Positions 39,789 through 51,430 of a stretch of DNA of 64,000 nucleotides are shown here, one piece after another. Source of the DNA: Cetorhinus maximus (Eukaryota). The first letter of the stretch is position 1. Each line of letters starts with the position of its first letter. The notes beneath the pieces were generated by a model. The model was not told the DNA's origin. It saw only the letters and a list, made by a program, of their open reading frames with translations, and made no database searches. A program made the position numbers and the translations under genes. The stretch covers positions 26,660,001-26,724,000 of the forward strand of contig NC_135903.1 in NCBI RefSeq assembly GCF_964194155.1, written 5' to 3'.

Positions 39789-41371
39789 TGTCATGAAAAT
39801 ATAATAATTCTCATAATATTATTGTAATTTATTGTAAAAGTAGGTTACTAGTGGGGTTTGGATAGTTTCTGTGTGTGTGTGTGTGTGGGATTTAATTGAG
39901 TTGGAGACAGTTGGTTTGTAGGCTTTGACTCATCAAAAGAAGCTCGGTTTGAAATGCTAAGTAAGTAAACTTGGCTGAAGTTTTAGAATGTGAGGCGAGG
40001 AGAATTTGCATTTTTAGATAAATCAGGGGAGTTTGAATTTCAAAGAGACGGTAGGATGTTACATCTAGCCAGAGAAGCTAGGCCAAGCAGTGTGTTTATT
40101 TTACCCAAAGGTTACTGACAATATTAGCACCATGAATAGATTTATATTATGAGAAAAGTAAAGTTCCAAAGACATATGGGAACAATGGAATTTACATTAA
40201 AAGGGAGAAACATGTATAAAGAAGGTTGAAGCTATGGGCAGGATTTTACTGTCCTCGGGTGGGTGCGCGCCTGACCTGAACGGGTGTAAAATCACACACG
40301 ATGACGTCAGGTAAGTGTCCTGACGTCATCATGAACTCTCGCAATCTTTCGGTCGGCGGGCGCGTGCAAGAATCAGCAGCGCGCCCACCGACAATTAAGA
40401 GACCTATTAATGCCCTTAAGCAATTAATTAAATAGTACTTTTCGCTGCCCACTCAACCGTTTGGTTGGCAGAGGGCAAATCGGCCTGGCAGTCTTTGCAC
40501 TTTAACGAAACCTCATCCCAAGGGCGGGATGAGGTTTCCAACTGTAAATTTTAAAAAAGAAAAACATTTTCAACTTCATTTTGAACACGGCTCTCTTCAT
40601 GTGACTGAGTCACATGTGGGGACATGTTTTTATCATCTTTTAAATCTTTATTTTTGTTTCTCCAGTTCTTCAGCCGCCTGAGGCAGCTCTGTGCCCTCAG
40701 GGAGCTTTCAGCGCATGCTCCCGCGCACATGCGCAGACTTCCGCACTCACCCTCCTCCTGCCCCCACCCCGGCAGCGCTGAGAATTTCAATGCGTCTTTT
40801 ATGCTGGCTGGCCGTTAATTGACCAGCCAGCATGATTTCGCGGTCGGAGACCGATTGCGGGCAGCGGACCTTTTCCCGGCCGCTCCCGGGCCTACCTGCC
40901 GCATGAAAGTAAAATCCTGCTCTATGTGTCACAGAAGGCATTGTAAGATCTACCAGAAGTGTGAAAAGCCCCCAGTGTTTGTGCATTAAGCTGCTGTCTA
41001 CAGAAACCGAAGCTGGGAAAAGCCACTTTAAATTCTACGGTCCAGGGTATTGTGGTGACTTGTCTGGATCTGTTTAAATCTATTTTTTTTTAACCGATGC
41101 CTTAACAGGGGTGTAACTGGAAGCCAGATTAATTAGTGCTTTCAGGAGTTATTATAGTAGTAATTCTTAGACCTATGTATGTGCTTGAAATCTTTTCTTT
41201 TGTTAATAAATGTTTAATTTAGTTTTCTAAAAAAAAATCTCTGAATTCGTGGTAGACTCAGGGCACACATCTCAAAATAAAATACAAATTGGAAAACCAT
41301 TGTGATAGCGGTATTGGGTTTCCCTCGTGGATTCGATCTGCCTGCCACACATTATCTGCCGTATCATAACA
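39789..41371 (+). mobile_element. Solo LTR with 5-bp TSD, carrying a nested MITE
   Basis: Termini TGTCATGA...TCATAACA, TSD GTAAT at 39784-39788 and 41372-41376, AATAAA near 41205. Confidence 0.75.
40236..40922. mobile_element. Harbinger-type MITE nested in the solo LTR
   Basis: TIRs GGGCAGGATTTTAC / GTAAAATCCTGCTC, 3-bp TSD TAT (40233-40235 and 40923-40925). Confidence 0.85.
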
Positions 41372-42121
41372 GTAATAACATATTATAACCGTTAAAATTT
41401 ACAATGTTTATTTGGCAAGTTTTGTGAAGTTTTGGGGAATGGGAAACTCTCACTTATGGCATCTATCAAGCCTCCCAAGATTGATTACAGTTTTGGGAGA
41501 TGCAGAGCAAAAATCCAGCTACTGTTCCCAAAACTATGGCTTAACCCAATCACTGTCTATTCTAAGCAGTATCGATTTACAGCTACTAACAGGTGACACC
41601 TGCCAAAAGTATGCAAGTTTTGATGTTGGGTGAGGGCAGAATCAGCTTGCTTAATATGTCTTCTGTGATCAGATAGCCTGCCAATGCTCAGGTTTACACA
41701 ATAAGAATGCACAATAGAGTGAGACAATGGAGAGCAACTGATGCCCATGGAACCATTTCCAGATGAGAATTAGCTCCTTCAGAAGCGGAAGAGAGAATTG
41801 CCAGTGAGAGAGAGGGAATGTTAATAGGATCCAAGCAGGTTGATAAAGCAGAAACCAAGACACAGAGCTTTTCTTCATTAGGAGAATTTATTGACTTGGT
41901 GCAATCTCAACAGTTATTCTCCCACACACCCAATGTGCCAGCTTTTTCCTATTTATATGTGCTCAAAGTATTTAATCAAACAATGCCCTTCACCTGTGTA
42001 TCCTACCAATATACTTAATATACCATTAAAAGGAAGTACACATATATTTATGCAACTAGTGTTTAAATGGTGAATAATTAATTGATCATCTTGATATTTT
42101 ATCAGTTCAAGCAACACAAAC

Positions 42122-42212
42122 CTTCTGGTGCGATTGTAAATGAATGCGGAAAGGTTGGTCATCATAACCCACCAGGCTGCACCGGTGATCATGGCATGAC
42201 CTGAAGGACTGC
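42122..42212 (-). CDS. G6PC3: G6PC3 exon 3 (91 nt), PAP2 motif 2
   Basis: Acceptor actttag, donor gtttg. Translates (G)SPSGHAMITGAAWWVMMTNLSAFIYNRTR(S) with catalytic PSGH. Confidence 0.95.
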
Positions 42213-42304
42213 CTAAAGTAACAGAAACACAGCAGGAAAATCAACACTTTATCACCAAATCACAAAGCAAAGTTTAACAGTAAGAGTAATATAAGGGACA
42301 AACA

Positions 42305-42435
42305 CACGGGTCATTTGGACTCGAAATGTCAACTCTGTTTCTCTCTCCACAGATGCTGTCAGACCTGCTGAGTTTTTCCAGCATTTTCTATGTTTGTTTC
42401 AGATTTCCAGCATCTGCAGTATTTTGTTTTTATAC
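42305..42435 (+). mobile_element. Penelope-like terminal repeat fragment
   Basis: gggtcatttggactcgaaatgtcaactctg...cagatgctgtcagacctgctgagtttttccagc...gatttccagcatctgcag. Confidence 0.7.
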
Positions 42436-42999
42436 TAATCTGAGCTGAATCTGAGCTGTCCCCATGGTGTGGTGGGTAGGTGCACACTATGGTAACTAAG
42501 TCCTACACACCAGGGAAGTTCACAGCATCTCAGTCTTAATCATTAAAATATTTATGTATGTGAGAGTATACTATGAATCATGATTGTGGAGATTTGACCA
42601 TATTCCCCCTGTGATAAACGGCTCACCACTTTTGACAAATGATGAAAAGCAAAAATAAATCTATTGAAAGAACTGGGAGGAATTATAGGGAAAGTTGTGA
42701 TCAGTCTGTTCTGGGATTATTTGTACATCAGCAGTAGAGCCCTGACTGAAATTCAACTTGTACTCCACACATTCCTGCACTTTTTCTTCTCGTCAATGGG
42801 TAACCTACATTATTTCACAATAATTAACTTCAGATTCAATTCCATACATTTGCAGTGACTGTATGACAGATGGAATCCTTCAGTGAGGGTTTCCTCACTA
42901 ATTAACTGAATGGAACTGCCTGGCCAATGTCAGTGCAGATGGATGGGGCACATCAGTAATGCAACAACAGCAGGTCAGATAATGCTGAATGATGAATAA

Positions 43000-43640
43000 C
43001 ACCAACTTGTATTTATAATGTACTGAAACATCCCAAGGCGCATCATGGGAATGTCATCAAATTAAGATTTAACACCGAGTCACATAAGGTATGAGGATAA
43101 ATGATCAAAAGCTGAGTCAAACAGGTAGGTTTTAAGGAGCATCTTAAAGGAGGAAAAAGAGGTAAATAGACAAAGAAGTTTAGGAAGAAAATTCCAGAGC
43201 TTAGGCCCTTGAAAGCCAAAGGCATGGATGCCAATGGTGGAGTGATTAAAATCGGGGATGCTCAAGAGATCAGAATTGGAGGAGTGCAGAGATTTCAAAG
43301 GCTTTTGGACTGGAAGCTAATTAGATGGAGGCAAGGCCATGGAGGGATTTGAAAACAAGACTGAGAATTTTAAAATTGAGGCATTGCCGGACTGGGAGCC
43401 AATGTAGATCAGTGAGCACAGGGATAATGGTTGAACAAAACTTGGTGTGAGTTAGAGACAAGTAACAGAGTTTTGGATGAGCTCAAGTTTATGTAGGGTG
43501 GAAGACTGGAGGCTGACCAGGAGAGCATTGGAATAGTCTGGTCTAGAAGAAACAAAGGCTTGGACGAGCGTTTCAGCGGCAAATGAGCTGAGGCGGGCAG
43601 ATTTGGGTTATGTTAGTGAGGTGGAAGTAAGCGGTTTGGA
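43000..43640 (-). mobile_element. L2 LINE 3' fragment
   Basis: Minus translation AFGFQGPKLWNFLPK...SSFKMLLKTYLF, plus the reverse complement of the L2 tail. Confidence 0.75.
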
Positions 43641-44269
43641 CTAGGTAAGCAGTGGTTGGTATAGCTGGACAGGGAAGTTTCATGTTATCACCCCTCAGCC
43701 AGAATGTCATCAAGGCCATGATGTTGGTGCAAACATCCACAGTAAACTCATGGATGGCACAGGTGAGCAGAAAGCTGGTTTGCTGGCAGAATCCAGCGGA
43801 TCAGCACCAGAAGTGGTGAGCTCAACAGGAAGGAGGTTGGCAATATTAGTCCCCAATGGGTGCACTGGGCAGTAGGGTCACGAGAGCAGGATGGGGCAGT
43901 TCAGGTTGCTGCTTGTACGGAGGTAGTGATGAGTGCCTCAATGGGCCCGTGGAGGATGCCAAGTGTGGCATGAGAGGGAAGTATAGGCTTATGTCACGGG
44001 GCGTCAAGCCTAGGATGCTGGTAGGAGTGCAGGAAGGTCGAGGAGTGCTGAAGGGCTGGAGTGGGATTTAAGAGGGCAAAGTCCCCAGGAGGAGAGAAGT
44101 GAAAGGAGGCATGACAACTGGAGAGAGGGACGTAGGAGGGTTAAGGAGAAAGAAGAAAAGGAAGGGAAGAGAAAAGAGGAAAGAGGCTCAGATCCAAAGT
44201 GATAGCCAATAATTGCATGCAATTGGACACGTGGAAACTCAAGTTACGTAGGCGTGGAAGTTAAGGATC

Positions 44270-45528
44270 TGTACTACTTGGTAATAAATGGGGCATAGGG
44301 ACTCAGACACAGATGTGCGGGGGGGCGGGGAGAAAGTGAGTCCGAAGGCTAATTAAAGGGTGAAGCACTAGACGAAGCAATGTTGGAGCTATTTGCATGA
44401 AGAGCCAATGAAACCAAAGTTGCCGAATGACCCCTGATTATTCATATAGCACCAGATTAAAGAACCTAACAGCACCTTTGTGAATAAGTGAATTCCTTGA
44501 CGGAGTCAGTGAGTCTGGAGGGTGGGTGGTTAACTCCATTAGAGATATAAATTAGTCATTTGGATCTCAGAATCAAAGGTTTGGTTTTGAAGCTAAGAGC
44601 TCATTAATGTAAATTTCTGTTTGGGGCATCCCAGGTATGCTACATTGCCATGGAGATAGGTTGCAGGGAACTTCCCTTTAATGGGGGTTTAATCTGTGTG
44701 TTTTGCTCATAGAGGCAAGCAGTTCAGCTTGGAGAAACCAGAAGATTTCGGACTTGGTGCTGGAAGCAACCGTGTTCACCCCGAATTCAGAAGGCAAAGG
44801 GAAATAATTTGCTAAGGGCTGTGGAACAGGAGGATAGTGCAATTAAAAACCAGGGGTGTTTCTAATTTTCTGTTTAAGTCACTGCGCGGGAATCGCGCGT
44901 GAAGTTCAGGCATGAACTAAAAATTCCCAAACCCTACAAGGCAGCTGTGGAAACGTTTGGAGTTGGTCCCAAGAAAGTGGATAACCTTCGAGAACCCGTA
45001 GCCAAACAGGTAACCAAAGACTTTCTGGGGGGAGTCGTAGGGGAAAAGTGAAGTGAGGGTTCAGTTGAGGATTTTGGTCTAGAGTCTACATGGTTTCATT
45101 TTACTGTGCTTTCCGATGTAAAGTATAAGTAATCACCTAAGACAATGTTGACTTCGTAGTCAAAAACAAAAACAGAATTACCTGGAAAAACTCAGCAGGT
45201 CTGGCAGCATCGGCGGAGAAGAAAAGAGTTGACGTTTCGAGTCCTCATGACCCTTCAACAGAGGACTCGAAACGTCAACTCTTTTCTTCTCCGCCGATGC
45301 TGCCAGACCTGCTGAGTTTTTCCAGGTAATTCTGTTTTTGTTTTGGATTTCCAGCATCCGCAGTTTTTTGTTTTTATTTTTGACTTCGTAGTGTTTATTT
45401 GCTTGATTCTTCTATAGCAAAATTCATTTGTTTTAAACTGTGGAATCTTGTGGCTTCATTCTTTCAGTAAGTAACAAGAATTTCAAATTTCTCTTTAAAT
45501 ACTAGCAGTCTCTACAAGGATCTTAACA
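44270..45528 (+). mobile_element. Probable solo LTR hosting the Penelope palindrome
   Basis: Starts TGTAC, ends TTAACA, near-TSD GGATC/GGATT. The 3' part resembles LTR U5 sequence. Left boundary uncertain. Confidence 0.4.
45161..45379. mobile_element. Penelope-like insertion forming an inverted terminal repeat (84-bp perfect arms)
   Basis: Arms 45163-45246 and 45261-45344 with a 14-nt spacer. Flanking 13-bp direct repeat TTGACTTCGTAGT at 45148-45160 and 45380-45392. Confidence 0.85.
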
Positions 45529-47287
45529 GGATTTGGTCCTCAAGTCACCTTCAACGGTAGTTCCACTCCATCCGAGTACTCTGGAGACAGCTGTCACCCA
45601 AACTGTACACTCCTGCAGAACCCCTTTAGCTAGATCCATGACTGTCTTCGTGGCACAGTTTTCCCAGAGAGTCCTTTATCTGACTCCTTTAATAAACTTT
45701 GTTGAATCCTCTGTTTGACTCTGGAAAAACTGTAGCTGTAAAATTTCCAATTCACAATCTCTGCTCTAATCCTGTCTTCCGTTTTTGTCCTTTTTAAACT
45801 GTATTACACGCGCAGATGCTTATAAATGTATCTTCTCTGTTCTTCCCATGCTGCAGCTTTTCTTTGTTCTTTACGCCGACCCCAGAAGCAGATCATAGGT
45901 GGCTGCAGAAGCGGGTGAGAGCCAGGACGGGCTGATTAGAAAGCCCACCTCTGTTCTCTGGGACTTCGTCCCAGTTGTTTTAGAAGCTGTTAAACCCTAT
46001 AGCTCTCATTCTTCACACCACCCCTCCCACTCCCCATGCCCACTCCCCACCAACCTCTCATGATCCTCACACACCCCCAGATCCCCTCATACTCCTATTT
46101 CATCTCCTTAGCTACTCACCCAGGATCCACTATGGACAGGCCTTAGAAACCACGTGAAGATGAAAGAAAATAAACTTCTAACAATCTAAGAGTCCCCGCT
46201 CATACATACTTGATACTGAAAAATACTCTCATGAAAGCCATTTGGTAATTTTAAATCCCCTCAAATGTTCAATCTATTATAAAAACAAAAAAACTTCTGT
46301 TCAGTAACCACATCAAAGACAGCTAATCCTTTAATAGCCTCTTTAAACTGTTGATTGTAATGTGAACTCAGACCCCCCCCTGTTGATGTGCTTGTGTAGC
46401 TTTTGAAACTCAGCCAAGCATTCATAATGACCTCAGCTGTAAATAACAACCCTTGGGAAATATCAACAATTAACTCCATTGAAATTGCAGGAGCAGGTGG
46501 TAATATTTTTTTCTATCCTACATCAGATGGCCTGGCAGTCAAAGTAGTCCAGCAAATAGTGCTTTTTTTAACTCTGCCAGCTTCAGCCTGTTCTTTGTCA
46601 TTTTTAAAAGGCTGAGGATTTAAATAACTTCAGATCATGACACTTAAACAAATCTTATCCACCCTTAAAGAGAGTTTACGTCTATTCCATAAATTCATGA
46701 CTCCCACAATGCAGGTTAAGGCCCTTGGAACACAAAAATGGGGTCTGATTGAACTCAGCTCTGATTTCAAATGGCCCTGCTGAGTTTTGGTTTCCCACTT
46801 GTGTGACTCAAGCCCTGACCCCTTCCCCTGCCTGCAAAAATGGGATCTGTCGAAATTGGGGTGGGACTTCTGCATCTGGGTCCTGCCTACCATTTTTAAA
46901 GGTCTCTGGAGTCAGCCTGGCTCCGCTAAAATCCGGCTCATAGTGTCCAACTGAATAGTAATTCACTGGAAATGAATTGTAGAATCAAACCTCTTATACA
47001 TAACCAACTGTGTAAGAGAATGGCTGATTTTCAATTTTCAATTGCTAATTATCAATAAAAATGCGACTTGAAATTGGCAGATTCAAGTCTGTTCAGATTT
47101 GTTAAGGTTAATGAAATATATTTAAAACAGGCCTTTAATAGGAGAGAGGTGTATTGAAAAAAATTGAAGGAAAGAAAATAAAATTTCGAAATTTAGATGT
47201 CAATTTAAGTGATCAATTTGACAGAAAATACAGACAAAAACAGCCCGTCCGTGTATAGAATTCACATAGCACTCAATTTGAACAAAC

Positions 47288-47397
47288 CTGGACCAGTTTC
47301 ACAGGAGGAATAAAACTGCTTTAACTTGGGCATCTGCTGCTCGCCATAGACCCCCGATTCATGAATCCACCAAAACGGACGCTCGCCAAACAGCAAC
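47288..47397 (-). CDS. G6PC3: G6PC3 exon 2 (110 nt), end of PAP2 motif 1
   Basis: Acceptor ttctaatag, donor gtttg. Translates (W)[36 protein letters not shown](G), completing KxxxxxxRP and containing CETGPG. Confidence 0.95.
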
Positions 47398-47656
47398 CTA
47401 TTAGAAACGTAAGAGATAGTCAGATTTGATCTGAAAAAGTGTGATTTCTGACAGATCTTTCTGGTCAGCCAGATGTTCTTACAGTGTTCAAAGCAAGCTA
47501 CTAAAACATATGCATATTCTGTTTGCCTGATACAATGGGATGGAGCTTCTACTTTGAGCGCAAACAATGATTCTAGCACAATTTGGTCCTGTTGTGAAAT
47601 GTGTTTCCTTAACACCCAGCACCCCCGAATATTCAGTTCAAACTTGTCTGTATAAT

Positions 47657-48035
47657 GGGGAGGCGATGGTGTTGTGGTATTGTTGCTGGACTCGTAATCC
47701 AGAGACCCAGGGTACTGCTCTGGGGAACTGGGCTCAAATCCCGCCATGGTAGATGGTGGAATTTGAATTCAATAAAAATCTGTAATTAAAAGTCTAATGA
47801 TGACTATGGAAAGATTGTTGTAAAAACCCATCTTGTTCCCAACTGCCACTCAGTTGTATCAAACTGTTACAAAGCAACTCCCTTCCTAACAACATGGTGA
47901 GTGCATCAATACCACATGGACTGCAGTGGTTCAAGAAGGCAGCTCACCACCACCTTCTCAAGGGCAACTAGGGGTGGGCAATAAATGCTGGCCCAGCCAG
48001 CAAAGTGTACATTGTGTGAATGAGTAAAAAAAAGG
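47657..48035 (+). mobile_element. SINE 5' part joined to a LINE 3' end
   Basis: SINE head like 38680, followed by the aactcccttcctaac...caccttctcaagggcaactagg tail and an A-rich end. Confidence 0.65.
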
Positions 48036-48199
48036 CAGATGCAAAATTTGATGTGATGGAGCGCAATGGAGCAGTTTTTTAAAGTATAACTTTTCTATCA
48101 TTTGTTTTAAAAATATTTCTTGATATATTTTATGAGTTGTAACTTGGGAAAGTTTGATTAATTCAGCTGGAAATTAGCATTACTCCAGCATTATACCCT

Positions 48200-48630
48200 T
48201 GACTCCAAATGTTAAATTAGGAGAGATTATATAAACTAGGAGCACAGTTCCTGGAATTTAGATGGTTAAGGGGTAATTTGATCAAAGTTTTTAAGATATT
48301 AAGGGGAATAGACATTGAAACTATTTCTGCTGGTTGGGAAGTCTAGGACTAGGGGAGAGCATTGCCTAAAAATTAGAGCCAGACTTTTCAGAAATGAAAT
48401 TAGGAAACATTTCTACTCGTAAAGGGTGATAGAAGTCTGGAACTGTCTTCTGCAAATGGCAATTGATGCTCAATCAATTGCTAGTTGTAAATCTGAGATT
48501 GGTTAACAAAAATCTATCCAAGGTATTAAGGGATATATGGCAAAGTTAGTTATAAAGATTTAGATTGCAGATCAGCAAGATTTCATTGAATGGCAGAACA
48601 GGCTCAGGGGCTGAATAGCCTGTTCCTATA
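48200..48630 (+). mobile_element. CR1 3' fragment
   Basis: gaaattaggaaacatttctactcgtaaagggtgatagaagtctggaac; 3' UTR gaatggcagaacaggctcaggggctgaatagcct. Confidence 0.7.
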
Positions 48631-49329
48631 AGTTTCCAAACACATGCCAGCAGGATTTACTCGATAGCAATCATCAAAAGGAATTTTTGCCATTATTCTG
48701 TTGTTTCCTAATCCAGCATTGTTGAGACCAACTATTAGCCCCCACACTGCTATTCTGGTTGAGATCAGCCACCACGTCACACACCAGCAATCGAACTTGG
48801 GAGTTGCCTGGCCCATACTGCTTAGCTCTCCACTGTACTGCTGTTATCCTTATGAGAATGTTTGGAACTCTAAGTAAGATGTGAAATGTAAAGGAACTGT
48901 CCACTGGGAAGGATTTTTTTTTAGCTCCATTAATCAATCATCAATGTTAAACTGAAACCTAAGTGAGAAACCATCCCATGTAATTCTGCAGGTTTATTTT
49001 TAAGCAATGTAGTGTTCCATAAATGAGAATTGAAAAATTGAAATATCATTAAGACCTGAATACCTGGAATTATAGGTTGCCAACCCAAGGATTGCCTTGG
49101 AGTCTCTGCGAATTGTAGATTTAACCTTCAGGTCAAACCTCAGGGGCATTATGAAAAATCTTTCAACGCCATTGTTTATATGATATAAAAATGCTGTTGA
49201 TTGGAAAGAAAGGTCTGTCTGACAGTTAAAAATCATCCAGTCGGGTAATGAAGAGCCAAAGCTTGCTTTCCAATTTTCATGGGAAGGGCAGCATGGGCAT
49301 GTTGGACAACCAATGGAGGTTTGTGTTTT

Positions 49330-49910
49330 ATTCATTCATGGGATGTGGGCTTCACTGGCTGGGCCAGCATTTATTGCCTATCCCTAGTTGCCCTTGAGAA
49401 GGTGGTGGTGAGCTGCCTCCTTGAACCGCTGCAGTCCATGTGGTTTAAGAATACCCACAGTGCTGTTATGAGGAAGGGAGTTCCAGGGTTTTGACCCAGC
49501 AACAGTGAGGGAACGGTGATATATTTCCAAAGCAGGATGGTGAGTGACCTGGAGGGGAACTTTCAGTTGGTGGTATTCCCACCTAATCTGCTGCTCTTGT
49601 CCTTCTAGATGGTAGTGATCGTGGGTTTGGAAGGTGCTGTCAAAGGCGCCTTGGTGAATTCCTGCAGTGCACCTTGCAGGTGGTACACACTGCTGCTACT
49701 GTGCGTCGGTGGTGGAGGGAGTGAATTTTTGTGGATATGGTGCCAATCCAGTGGGCTGCTTTGTCCTGGATGATGTCAAGCTTCTTGGAGCTACACTCAT
49801 CCAGGCAAGTGGGGAGTATTCCATCACACTCCTGACTTGTGCTTTGTAGATGGTGGTTTGGGGAGTCAGAGGGTAAGTTACTCATTGCAGGATTCCCAGC
49901 CTCTGACCTT
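49330..49910 (-). mobile_element. LINE 3' fragment (family of 58117-59575)
   Basis: Reverse complement of 59000-59560 (KKLDIIQDKAA, LHHRRTVAAVC). Confidence 0.85.
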
Positions 49911-50259
49911 GGTAACATTGGGTTAGGGCAATAAGAGGGAGAAGGAAGTCATGTGATGAAACCTCCAGGAAGACAACCAGCCAGAGTTGGTAACCCTACA
50001 GTGGGATGACACCTTGCACACTGAAAATTATAATCGCAGACGACAGGTTGGTTTTTGGCTTTAAATTTAGCAATCAGAAGAACACTGAACGATTCTAATC
50101 TGTTATGTTCCTTTCCCCTTACTTGGCCCTGCAGCATAACATCCAAAAAAAAATGTTTTAAAATCCCATATATATATATACATATTTTGGTCATTGTGCA
50201 TGTCTTTATAATAGTGTCTTTCATCACGAAGTATGACAAGGCTTTGCATAGTTTGAAAT

Positions 50260-50520
50260 AAAGCGTCTCCCGGCAGCCATTTTGCGAAGTTCCAAAAATA
50301 AAACCAGCCATGAGGCGGTGAGTGATCAATCCGCCGGCTGGGGGGAGGAATATTACCTCAGACATCGGAACTCTCTGATCATCTGACACGGCGAAGGCGT
50401 CTTTAACACCCACAGCGGAGCGGCGGAGCGAGTGGCCAAGGCAGCGACTGAACATCTCGATACAAAGTTGCAGCGAGTTCTGTCAGTAACTTGCCGCTGG
50501 TTCCGGGTCCGCATTAGGTA
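50260..50520. promoter_or_regulatory. CpG-rich promoter-like segment in G6PC3 intron 1
   Basis: YY1-type GCAGCCATTTTG at 50273-50284, ETS-type TTCCGG near 50501, dense CpG, splice-donor-like sites on both strands. Confidence 0.5.
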
Positions 50521-50729
50521 AAATGATGGGGCAAATAGGTTACAGCACCAAATATTTGCATGTTATCTATAAAAAAAAGCCACTTCTGATGATGTGGGGA
50601 GTGGGAGGGGGAGGATTTGGGAGGGGGGGACGAGGGCAAAAGGGGGGTGTCTTGTCAGCTTGAGAAGAAGAGGGAAAGATGTCGATGGGAAACAAACTGG
50701 GTCAAGGAGGGAGAGGAACAGGAACTTAC

Positions 50730-50947
50730 CATTTACAGGTTAAGTTTAACCACTCGGCAAGGATGGTAATCCACAAAACCGAAATCCCGATCTTCCTGCT
50801 GAGGAAGAAGGTGACGGGGAAATAAATGAAAAAGGAGGATCTGGGGTCGCCGACGCAGCTCATCCACAGCAGGAACCTCTCGCAGCCGCCCAGCCCTTGC
50901 TGCAAACTCTCAGCCGCCCGCACGCCCTGGATGTAAAGCGGCTCCAT
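50730..50947 (-). CDS. G6PC3: G6PC3 exon 1 (218 nt from the second ATG; in-frame ATG also at 50950)
   Basis: Translates MEPLYIQGVRAAESLQQGLGGCERFLLWMSCVGDPRSSFFIYFPVTFFLSRKIGISVLWITILAEWLNLTCK(W), donor gtaag. GDP..F..YFP and EWLNL..KW are G6Pase hallmarks. The six-exon layout (218/110/91/119/142/364) matches G6PC3 rather than the five-exon G6PC1/2. Confidence 0.95.
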
Positions 50948-51274
50948 CATCTACCCGAGTGGCAACGATGTGGATTCAAGCTGGGGGAACCAGTGTAATC
51001 CCAGGCAGAGAATGAGAGGCTGCTGGCGCCTTCCTGCTTCACTCCGCAACCATAGGCCGGGCTCTCAATGACTCAAAAACACTTCTTGGCTCACTTTTTT
51101 TTCTTCTTAATCGGTGTCCGACAGCAAACCAACGAGGACAAACCTCGTCCTTCCACAAAAGCGCTGACAGTCAAAGCATGAACCTGAGCCGCTTGAAGTT
51201 TCAACCCATTGACGCTGAAGTCGCTGTTGTCACCGATTCCCACAGACTCTACTCATTGCGGTCTTTCTAACATA

Positions 51275-51430
51275 TACATGCACAAAATGCTGGGGGGGTT
51301 GGGGGGGAAAGAAACTCAGCAGGCCTGACATCACTTTGTGTTTTTCTCTCTCCACAGATGCTGTCAGACCTGCTGAGATTTTTTCCAGCATTTTCTGTTT
51401 TTATTTCAGATTTTCCAGCATTTTCCCTTT
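51275..51430. mobile_element. Penelope-like terminal repeat remnant with partial inversion
   Basis: aaactcagcaggcctgaca followed by cagatgctgtcagacctgctgag...tttccagca. A similar decayed remnant lies near 53580-53800. Confidence 0.6.

Noticed and set aside
47262-47747. 161-aa minus ORF as a stand-alone gene
   Set aside because: Only 47288-47397 is coding (G6PC3 exon 2); the rest is intron and SINE read-through.
29481-50950. Assignment as G6PC1 or G6PC2
   Set aside because: Six coding exons with sizes matching my recollection of human G6PC3, and no C-terminal KKXX motif.
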